Below are positions 53,964 to 64,000 of a DNA stretch of 64,000 nt, piece by piece. The notes beneath the pieces are model-generated. The model was not told where the DNA came from, ran no database searches, and saw only the letters and a list, made by a program, of their open reading frames with translations. The DNA is taken from contig CM097887.1 in the NCBI GenBank assembly GCA_044892525.1, positions 11,222,001 through 11,286,000 of the forward strand. The letters are read 5' to 3'. Made by a program: the position numbers and the translations under genes. Source of the DNA: Schmidtea polychroa (Eukaryota). Each line of letters opens with the position of its first letter. The stretch's first letter is position 1.

Positions 53964-54586
53964 GTATAAGCCAAGTTCTAGAAAATTCAGCCAAATTTTC
54001 TTCCAAATTTAAATTTAAAATCACATTCGAATGTCTTGAAAGTTACGAAGATGATCTGGAATGGGAGTCAATTTATGTCAGCAGTGCCTCTAATGCAGAT
54101 TTAGATCAAGTCCTTGACTCAGTATTAGTTGGACCAATTCCTGTGGTCGTGATGAATTTGTTCTTGATACTAGTGCTCCAGATCCAGTAAAAATCCCGGT
54201 TGATGATATTGTCGGTGTTACTGTGGTCTTACTGGAAACCTTTTATAAAGATCAATAATTAGTTCGAATCGGTTATTTTGTCAGCAATGAATATGAAAAA
54301 GAAAAAATGAATTCTGTTTACTCTATGCTAAATCTTAGCAAAATAACTTTTACCGAATGTATTCTCATCAGTTTTATATATGCAAAATCTGCTTTTGATA
54401 GATCCCCCATTGGATAAAGAAAAAAATCATAAATTACCCCATCTCCAGTAAATTCAAAATTTCAATTTCAATTGTCTGAATAATAATTATTTACCAACAT
54501 GAGATTTTATTTAATGATATGAGCCACATAATTACTTTTTCTTTTGATTTTATTATTGTTCCCAAGAAATTAAAGGTCCCTTAGAA

Positions 54587-54861
54587 CAGGGCTTTTCAAA
54601 CTGGGGTCCGCGGACCCCAAGGGTCCTTGAGCGATTTTATGAGGGTCCGTATCGATTTTGAAATATATGAAATTTATTTTATTAAACGTATTTGGTTAAT
54701 GTTCTATAATAATTTCTTTTTAATAAATTTAATTTTATAAAAATATTAATAATTATATATCAGGTTTTACAAACAAAATAGTATTTTTTTAGTAAAATGG
54801 TCCGTAAACTAAGCGTAATAAAAATTAGGGGTCCCTTGTTTAAAAAGTTTGAAAAGCCCTG
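54587..54861. mobile_element. hAT MITE (275 bp)
   Basis: Perfect 16-bp TIR CAGGGCTTTTCAAACT and perfect TSD CCTTAGAA. Confidence 0.97.
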
Positions 54862-55426
54862 CCTTAGAAAACAACAATAATAAAAATCCATTTTGGTAAA
54901 TCAATTTCAAACACTCCTAATTCATTAGTAATTACTAAATAATCATCATTTATTATAACAATTTGATTTTGGGGTGATTTCTATTTCATAAAAATTAAAA
55001 AAATTATTAATTCTACCTAGACTTTTTGTTCTTTCATTCTCTAAATCTTTCTGGATTTTTGTTACTTGCTCGTTGACATTAGTAATTCTATCATTTACAT
55101 TCCTTTTTAGATCATCTCGTAGATCATCAACCCATTTTACTAAAATTTCATTTAAATTCCCAATGTTTAAAATTTTATTTCTTTTCATGTCTTAATCACC
55201 CCTGATACTATCACCCGATTCATTAACAAATAAAATACTTGCTTTTTCTAAAATCTCTTCTTCGTTTAATGAAATTGTACCTCCACTAAAAATGTGTTGG
55301 AATTATTATTTTAAAAGAGATAAAATTATACATTCAAAAGATTTTCGAAATATAATATCTCTCAAATCGAAAATTGTTGTTTTATCATTTCCATACTTTT
55401 TTAAAAAGTCATCCATTTTTTAAAAA

Positions 55427-55781
55427 CTAAACCTGCCGCAAGTGTAAACTAAATGAAATTGTTTCTACATTGAAATCCAACAAATTATTATTTTGATCAA
55501 CAATTTTGAAAGATATGGAATCAAAATTTTTATGATTGTTAGTAAATAAGAAGGATTGTTTATTATTTGACAAACAAGGAATTATTCTGTTTTCCATCTT
55601 GATATGTTCTTTGTATTAAATCAAAAGTTAAATTAATAGATGTTATATTACTTATATTAATAGATGATGATGAAATACTGCTTCTTGAATAACATGATTC
55701 TCCAAATCCCAATAAATCATTTTTTTGGGGTTTTACTAATTCAAGTAGGTAACCTCTGACTCCACGTGTCCTTTTAATCAA
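55427..55781 (-). pseudogene. Polinton/Maverick-type minor capsid (penton) protein fragment
   Basis: NDLLGF...INISNITSINLTFDLIQRTYQDGKQNNSLF, then after a frameshift FDSISFKIVDQNNNLLDFNVETISFSLHLRQV*. Matches the LLGF...SI.I.CDLI..SY.NG and I.DQ.G...DF.GE.I...L.L patterns. Confidence 0.68.
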
Positions 55782-56789
55782 AACAATTAACTACCCAACG
55801 TATATTTGAATCACAAAAATATATTTCTCGACAATAAATAATTAATAATCAGAGTTTTACAAGTTTGACCGATTCTCCGCTCGGGGTTGATGCTTTGACA
55901 AAAGATAATATTCACCTTTTTATTCCCTAGCTTCTCTTGACCAACGTTTCCCTTTTCAATTCGATTTGATTCCTTTCCACTTTTTACGTATCTCTTGATT
56001 CTATATTTTCTTTTCCTCAAACTTCCTAATTCGTGTTTCTCCTGCTCCTAAACTAGTTTTCTTCTAACTTTAGCGGAGGCAAATAGCCGGTTTGCTCTGA
56101 TTTCCCCATTCCTTATATACTCTTCGAAATCGGGATGACAAATGGTTATTGCCGAGCCAATCTATCTCTTGACATTCGACTCCACATATCTGCTTCGACT
56201 GTCACCCAGAATGGTTCAACGAATAAAGATAATTAATGGCCCGCCCGGGCCTTTCTGCACGCACTATCTTTTTCTTGGTCTTGAAAATGGTCCAAACCTT
56301 CCTTATGTTTACTTTTCTCTTTGTTTACCCAGCTCGAGATTTCTTTCTACTGACTAATTAATTAATTAGTTAGTTAATTTCATTTTCTTGTTTTTATTCT
56401 TTTACGCAACTTTTCTCACTCTTCCAAGCACTTTCTGAAAATTCCGTTATCGCCATGTTATTCCCCGTTATCTGTTCCCCCATGGCCAATTTTCCAGGTT
56501 TAATTTTGAACTTATGGATCTTTTATCGATTTTTCTCAAATGACCTTTTTTGTGCTTTTCCCATATACTGATGCACCTTCTAAAGCCTTTCCAGCCATTT
56601 TATTTCTTCGTATTGTCAGTTCTCTCCTTGACCAGTCTTACCCTTCTCTCATTCCGTTTATCACAAATATAATTCAATTTTAATTTTAATTATTTAAAAC
56701 ACCAACAATTTCAGAAATCATTTCGCAGTTTTTCTTGTCCAAACTGGCGTTGATTTAATTGTTATATTTGATGTTGTTATATTCATGTT

Positions 56790-57790
56790 ACTATTACCTT
56801 TCTGTGAACTGCTCTTCACTAATTTCTTTGAAATTTATAATATTTAAATGCAATAAGTTACACACATTGGTTTTCACATCATAAACAAGATTTGATTCCT
56901 CCGTTTGAAAATTATTTTGCTTCATATTACAAAATAGGTGAGTCTGTAACTTCCCCGTGTCATTTTCGAAAGCTCTTTCAAATTCTCTCAATTCAGTTAA
57001 ATATTCCTCAATCACCACGGGCTTTTAAATAATTTTACAAGCGACTCTGTACGGTTCACCTTCACAATCTCAATTACTTTTCAACCAATCTAGCCACATT
57101 TCTTTTGGACTACGCTGCTCGTTATTTTTGAACCAAGATTTACTATTTCTGTGTCCTTTTCTTTGGCAATAATTACACTAAACTGGGCTAGGGCTCCTTC
57201 GAACATTATTTTTGAACCAGCATTGATTTACATGATGGCCCATTTTCTGGCAATGGCTACATTAAAGTGGTCTTTCTCTTTTCTCACTCGGACTGGCTGT
57301 TGACTTTCCTGGTTCCAATTTCATTCTAAACTGGGAAGATGGTTCAGTGATAGTCACAAAAGATTCTGCTTTTGACTGAGTCGTTTTGAGGTTCAAATCG
57401 ATTTTCATGGCCTTTCTAATCAAGTCATCGAAATTAGTAAAGTTGATAAAACATAAAGCCTTTTTGATATCTTTCTTGACTATTGTCAAAAATTGATCTT
57501 TCAATAATTCCTTCACTTGCTTTGCCACTTTTTCTTGGTCTGGTTTCACTTCAAACGCATTCTCTACAAGAGTAGTTAAATGATATACAAACTAATTTAT
57601 CAATTTATCTGGCTTTTGCACTTGACTGTAAAACCTCTGACGCAGCATTCTCTTTATATCCACTCCGATGAACTTGACTGATAGCGCATCTTTCAATCTT
57701 GCCCAATCATTTTCGATGGGTCGTTTATCAATCTATTGCCAAGCCCCTCTCGCTGCTCCTTTTAGATATAATGTGAGGGGAAAAGATCAA
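56790..57790 (-). mobile_element. Ty3/gypsy gag remnant with CCHC knuckles
   Basis: LYLKGAARGAW...LRQRFYSQVQKPD...FVYHL..L...AF. CSHCQKMGHHVNQC and a degenerate second knuckle CNYCQRKGH. Possible protease DTG downstream. Confidence 0.8.
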
Positions 57791-57799
57791 GGGGCTACA

Positions 57800-60480
57800 C
57801 ACAATGTGGAGTCGGGTGTGGCCTCAAGAATTGTGAATATGTGAGACTACTAAAAGTAAATGGTGATGTAAAAGCATGTTTAGTTGATTCGGGCAGCACT
57901 ACCACTATAGTAAAAGGAAATCCCCGAAAATCTATGACTGCGTTAGCGATTCTTGATGGTTCAATCATATATGCTGAGCGAAGTAAAGTTGATATATGGG
58001 TTGGAGATAAGTTATTTAATATTGATTGTTTAATATACCCGAAACTAGTATCCAATTATGATGTAATTTTAGGAATGAATGCCATCAATAGGTTTGGTGG
58101 AGTTTGATTGAATAAAGAAGCCATATTCGGTTGTGAAGAAGCACCTTGTCACGTAGCGTGCTCTAGTAGTAGTATGTCAGAAATATTGAAGGAAAATTTC
58201 TCTGTGAGATTTGAAAACGAGAAATGGATTGTCAATTGGGATTGTAAGTCAGAGCCGCCGAAATTTCTACCTAATAGAAATTCAAACTTTTATGATAATT
58301 GTAGTAAGGATCAGGAGACGATGCGTATCTTGAATTCTTGGATATCTGACAGCTATCTAGTTGATTACGACGAGAAAATAATGGGCAAACCGATCGGATC
58401 AGTACCTATTTATGGTATAATTCAGTTAAATAAAGCGAAAGTGACTTTAGAAGTATCAATAAATATATTGATGTATAAAGTGGTAATGCAGATATCTGTT
58501 ATGAAAAATTACGATCATGAAGATGTTTAAGTAAAGAATTTGCAATGTTAGATTTATCTGATGCATATATGCAAATACACGTGGATAAAAGCATGTGGCG
58601 ATATCAATCTTGTATGGTTAATGAGAAGAGATATGCGCTTACGAGAATGGGATTTGGATTGAATATCGCGCCAACGATAATGACAGAGATTCTGAATAAA
58701 GCATTGAACAACAATTTATCAATCAAGAATAGCACAAGTTCATACATAGACGATATATTCATAGATGAATCTAAAGTTAAAGCAAGTAAAGTAAGTGCAG
58801 AAATGCGTAAATTTGGTTTGATATGTAAAGAAGAAAAGGTCAAGGATACTCTCAGTGTAAGAGTATTAGGTATTGATGTATTTCGAAAGAATAATGAACT
58901 ACAATGGAAAAGATCGAACGATATTCGGATAAATGAATTAAATTAAGGGCTTTCAAGGGCTGTATTCGTTATGTGGCCAGTTATTTGGAATTTATCCTGT
59001 GTCTGGGTGGTTGCGGCCAGCTTGCTAAAATATCAAGAGGCTATCCAGTGGAAATTGGGATGATTCAATAGAAAATCATATCGTTGACAAAGTAAAATGG
59101 TTATTAGAAATAGTGAATGAAAGAGATCCATCGTCAGGTATTTGGAGTGTTCCCAGCAATCAGACAGGCATAATTTGGTGCGATGCAAGTTCGATCGCCA
59201 TTGGAATTGTATTAGAAATGGAAGGTTCAGTGGTTGAAGATGCGTGTTGGTTGCGAAAACCTGATGATTCAAGACACATTAATTTGGTGGAATTAGAAGC
59301 CATTGTGAAGGGTATTAATTTATGTATTAAATGGAATCTAAAGTACATCAAAATTAAATCCGATAGTAAATCAGTTGTGTATTGGGTTAACAGCATATTA
59401 TCAAGCGACAGAAAATTCATACAAAAGCAAATTCAGAGTTGTTAATACGACGAAGGCTGGAGCTTTAAAAGATCTAGCGATTAAGTATGAACTTAAAATG
59501 GACATTGGAGTTTGTATCTACAGAAAATAACAAGGCTGATGTATTAACGAGAGTACCAGCCAACTGGATGATTATTAAAAAAGAAGTCGCAGCTCTAGGC
59601 AATCAAAAAAGCTCGAAAGATGTGTTATTAGAGATTAACAAGAACTGCCATGTAGGGAAAAATCGTATGCGATTCTTAGCATCGGAAGCGGGGCTACTAA
59701 ATGTGGATAATGAGATCTCAGAAATAATTACAAGTTATAATCAATGCCTATCAATTGACCCAGCGCAGTAACGTGGGAAAAAGGTGAACTAAGCTGTGAT
59801 GAAAATTGGTGCCGTTTAGCAATTGATGTAGCTAAATTTGCTAAAGATAAATATTTGACAATTATTGATTGTGGAGCATCGAGATATGCAATCTGGAAGA
59901 AAATTAAGAATGAAAATGTAGAAGAGATATGTAATGCTTTAAATGAAGTGCTATATGAAAGACAAGCTCCAAGTGAAATATTATTAGATAATTACTTATC
60001 TTTTAGATCTAGAAAATTTCAAGAATTAGTAGATAAATGGAATGTTGAGTTGGTATTTAGAACAGTGAACCGTCCAGGGGGAAACAGGATCATTGAACGC
60101 AGCCATCGGACAATCAATTTGCTAGTAGCTAGGAACAATCTCAGAAGCTGTGTACTGGTTCAACAATACGCCAAACAACAATAATATTTGTCCATCTAGA
60201 GCCATATTTAGATATAATCCAAAGCTGAATCTGCCATGCTACAATAAAAAAGAGATAATAATCGAAGCAAAATATTCTGCTGGTGACCCAGTATGGATAA
60301 AACCGAATTTGAATCAAAAATGCACAGAAAGATGGAAAGATGGACATATCATTAAACCATTATCAAATACAAAATTTTTATTCAGATGTAATGGATATGA
60401 TATGCCGCGGGACGTGGGCGATATTAGAAAAAGAGTTGTTAAAGATTCAGATGAATCTGGTGGGTATGTAGGAATAATTT
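57800..60480 (+). mobile_element. Ty3/gypsy pol remnant (protease, RT, RNase H, integrase) with PPT and LTR start
   Basis: CLVDSGS, LDLSDAYMQI, TRMGFGLNIAP, SYIDDI, WCDASS...HINLVELEA, HHCC-like region, IIDC.SRY and LDN..SF. GGTGGGTA precedes TGTAGG at 60467. Confidence 0.93.
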
Positions 60481-60689
60481 AATATTAAACAATTAATGTT
60501 GTTTTAATATTATTAAAATGTGGTAAAAATAGAATTTGAAAAACGTTTTGTCTTACAATAATATTTGAATTTGTCATTCAATTTGGCGTTCAATTTGGCG
60601 TTCAATCATTCCCATTTCCACCGTTCAGAATTGATTTTCGATTTTTAGTTAATTTATTTTTAATTTTGCATTTTTTGTTGATTTTAACA

Positions 60690-61400
60690 TTATTTGTTAT
60701 CTAAAGTTTCTTCCCTGAGTACAAGTTCTCTTACATTTTGATGGTTTACTGCAAATTCTTCGTCGCCTAAATGAGAAGCAATGTTTACTATTTCTGTAAC
60801 TGGGAGTGAAATTGTAGAATCAACTTGTATTGCTTGAACCATTTGAGGATAAAGAGGTTTCCAAGACGAATTAAGCGTTGATGGTTTAATTTCCGCGCAA
60901 GCCGATGACCCGGTTCTAATACAATCTAAAATAGAAAATTCCATCCACACTTGTTTAAGGGTTTTATTTTCACTGTTTTCTAATCTGTTGAAAATGGTTT
61001 GGAAAAGTTGTCATGTGTAGTACATTTTTAAAGTTTGAATGACTCCTTGGTCCAAAGGTTGTATTAATGACGTGTAGTTAGGAGGAAGGAAGACAATTTT
61101 CACATTTGGATGATCCAGTTCTATGTTGTGGCAACCGGCGTTATCAAGAACCAATAAAATTTTGAAATAAAAATTTTTTTATCGTATAGGTTTCCAATGC
61201 CGGGATAAAACAATTATAAAACCAATCCTTAAATATTCCTTAAATGTTCGTAGATTTTAAGTGTTTTATAAGATTTCCACTGATAGGAATCTTTTTGGCT
61301 ATACAGTCTTCCAACCAGATCATTAACGCCCGTTCCATTTTAACCATAATAGAATTTCGTGAGCGAGTAACACGTTTCGAACCTAAAGGACTAATCGTTT
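60690..61400 (-). mobile_element. Tigger/pogo transposase remnant, internally deleted
   Basis: MERALMIWLEDC..KKIPISG (CENP-B HTH), FKDWFYNCFIP and LLVLDNAGCH...FLPPNYTSLIQPLDQGVI. Confidence 0.88.
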
Positions 61401-61859
61401 GTAATCATTTGTGATTTTTGTTGATGCCTAAGATTTAACCTTTTTCTCAGTAAAAAGACCATTTTCAGGAAATATATGGGAAATGTTGAGTAATGTAATC
61501 GAATGTTTTCTGCACATCCCTCCAATGAAGTTCCTGCTTTAATGTATCCCAAATAATCTAAGAATTTACTATAGAACCTTTTGACGTGATTTATGATTTC
61601 TGCATTATTTTTGGTACCTCGTACTTTTAATTGACTTTTACTTTTACGGATTATTAATGGAAAAAAATTATTTTCTAGCTGCCCACGATAGGGAGATTTA
61701 AAGTAGTCGAGGCTTCTCTATGAGATCTGAATATTTTGTGATCCATTTCGCATAGAATGTAAAGATACCTTTAAGTATTATACATTTAAATCAGCCTTGG
61801 TCAGACTAGTCTGAATCTTTCTTTATTAAATATCTTAGAAACACGATCAAGACTGCGTT

Positions 61860-62330
61860 ATATGAGCATTATTCTCGTTTAGAATTTACACAATTTTAGA
61901 GATGCTTTTCTGAAATTCTTCAGATTTTCTTCATGTTCTTTAAAAGTTTTACAAACAATTAATATATAATCAAGATAACAGAATGTGTTATTGAGCCTGA
62001 ACTGTTTGATGAATTCATTCTTTATTTTCTGAAATATTGGACCGAGGTTGGTAATACAAAAGGGCGGCTTCTTAATTTTATAAAACTGTCCACAAACCTC
62101 AAAACCTTTTGCATAAAGATAAAAGACAAAGTTACCAGTGTGAAGAATTGGATAAGTCTCAAGTGGAATCAATATATGGAGAGTATTCCAAATGTCATGG
62201 ACTAATTGGGGTCTCCATGGACTTCAATTTCTCTAAATATATTTTCCTTAGATAAGTTTCTTATCTCAAATTTGATCATTTCTGTGTTCTATGAAAATCG
62301 TTTTGGCGTCGTTGCCATTGCTGTAGAGTG
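61860..62330 (-). mobile_element. Ty3/gypsy RT fragment
   Basis: PFCITNLGPIFQ...CYLDYILI...EHEENL. Confidence 0.72.
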
Positions 62331-62902
62331 GTCTATATTAACTTGAAGAAAAAAATAAAAGTTTAAGGAAATTACATGGCAACAAATAACCTACCAATAA
62401 TTATTCGAAGAATTTCACGCCCAAAGAGATATTTAAATTAAAAGAGCGAATATTATATTTTTTTATGTTATGAAATAAAAATTACAAAAATTCAAATTAG
62501 CTTTTTTTAATACTCAACATTTACTTTTCGATTCTCGTTTTATAGTTTAGCTTATCTTTGCCATTTGGGTACATGTCACTGATAATGCCATCACTTATTC
62601 GTATTGTCCTCTGCAATTTAGGTTTTCTATTTAGATATAATCTTTGGTCTGCAAATTTGTCAATGTTATCTTAACAACATATGATGAAAAATGGGCACAC
62701 ACTTTTGAGTTAATTACTTATTGGTGTATTTTCTATGCAACGACAAAAATGTCACGTGATTATTCTGTTAAAATTGTCTGCTTATAACATATTCAATTTG
62801 GAAATGTTGTAAACTTTATTTTGTTATTTTTTTAAATTTAAAATTTTATATTTATAAAATTCCTAATCTTTACAACAAATGAGTATCAAATGTATATATA
62901 TA

Positions 62903-63686
62903 CCGTATTTCCCCGAAAATAAGACACTGTCTTACTTCAAATTTTCAGAAAAAAAGCTACCTAGGGCTTATTTTCGGGTCATATTTTCAAAACAAATTTA
63001 TTACGTTTAAAAACTAGACATTTATTCAAATATAATCATGTCATCCACCTCATTTACATCACCATCATTACTGTCAGTCGGGGTTACAATATTGCCCATC
63101 CGTGATTCAATTTCATCCAAGATCATCGGTCCAAATCTCGAATGCCTGGCAATATAGCTATCTTCAAACGAGCAATTTTTATCCAAGTATCCTGCTCTTA
63201 GTGCGTTACCAATGGACGTATCCGTGATTGCATTCCATGCTTTCGCGACCCAAGATACAACCTCTTGTATTTTTGGCTTTACCAAATATAAATTTTATAA
63301 CAATATGCTAAAATGCAATTGCCCGAGCAATTCAATATGTTCGAACCTAGACTACACGTGAAGGAAGTGTATGTAAGACATCTGAACAGAACATGTATTA
63401 AAATACCTAAATACCCATGTAAAACCGACACATGTGATTTTAAAATTATGGTCATGATCATTGGATTGGGGATTGAATAACTAACAGATTTGCCAGTATT
63501 TGACACTTTAAAGCATATATTCATGGCTAATTTGAATTAAAATTACTATTTTTTTCGTTATGTAAATAAGTAAACAGATCTTTCAAGGTAGGTCTTATTT
63601 TCAGGGTAGGTCTTATATTTTTTGTGGGCGAATAATTCATGCTAGGTCTTATTTTCGAGGTAGGTCTTATTATAGGGGAAATACGG
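62903..63686 (-). mobile_element. Non-autonomous pogo/Tc2-type element (784 bp)
   Basis: 23-bp TIRs CCGTATTTCCCC..AATAAGAC (21/23 match) with TA flanks. Transposase tail VKPKIQEVVSWVAKAWNAI. Confidence 0.92.
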
Positions 63687-63694
63687 TATATATA

Positions 63695-64000
63695 CAGGAA
63701 TACCTCGAACGGTACGGTTAATCCGTTCTGGAATTTAGCCGTACTATTTGAAACCGGACTATTCGAGGCATTCTGGCGATAATAAATTTACGACTTGTAT
63801 TGATCTTTATTTTTCACAATTTTCCGAACTGACGCCTCGTTCATTCCCTTTCTTTTCCCAGTTTAGCAAACGAAGCCCCTTCCTCATGAAGTCTAATAAC
63901 GCTTCTGTTCTAAAGTGAGCGATTTTCGTTTTTTGGTTGTGGAGTCACTTTTACACTTTGTTCTGCCACTCATTTTACTTTTTAAATTAAAATCTAAATA
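63695..64000 (-). mobile_element. Tigger-type element end with HTH-psq fragment (runs off the window)
   Basis: TA|CAGGAATACCTCG terminus. Minus strand KKRKSLTLEQK..IRLHEEG.S...GMNEASVRKIVKNK with frameshifts. Confidence 0.8.

Larger units (their letters stand above)
53380..54345 (+). pseudogene. ASF1: Histone chaperone ASF1 pseudogene, intronless, split by a MITE
   Basis: Removing the MITE gives MNKISISQVLENSAKF...FKITFECLE...DLEW..IYV.SA...DQVLDSVLVGPIPV[G]R.EFV...APDP..IP..DIVGVTVVLL....KDQ*LVRIGYFVSNEY. 1-bp deletion near 54145; TAA at 54256-54258; C-terminus diverged or truncated. Confidence 0.93.

Noticed and set aside
57200-58100. Single gypsy element with gag inverted relative to pol
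   Set aside because: The minus-strand gag continues into its own protease-like and downstream sequence while the plus-strand pol has its own DSG protease. Two truncated elements is simpler.

Overview
AT-rich eukaryotic repeat-dense scaffold with three N gaps. It has no intact host gene and no prokaryotic operon, rRNA, tRNA or CRISPR signal. The host taxon cannot be fixed from this window. Bases 1-24571 are a two-monomer satellite: ~122-bp A units interspersed with ~240-270-bp B units, with a ~5-kb higher-order duplication. One B unit is interrupted by an ~8.6-kb non-LTR retrotransposon of the restriction-like-endonuclease (RLE; R2/NeSL-type) group. This element has several unusual traits: one continuous reading frame (2528-9487) broken by only two in-frame stops, an Asn-rich N-terminal region, four C2H2 fingers, a Ulp1-like domain with its catalytic residues replaced, a 31-bp 5' terminus repeated internally, a sense-strand poly(T) end, and an 11-bp target deletion. 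Read on the minus strand, the satellite monomers resemble a decayed protein-kinase coding segment (subdomains IV-VIII). Bases 24572-64000 are a transposon graveyard: Buster- and Ac-type hAT elements and MITEs (five with perfect 8-bp TSDs), Ty3/gypsy fragments, mariner, pogo/Tigger and Merlin remnants, three Polinton/Maverick-type gene relics (pPolB, adenain-like protease, minor capsid), and an ASF1 pseudogene split by a MITE. All protein assignments are manual motif recognition, not database searches.
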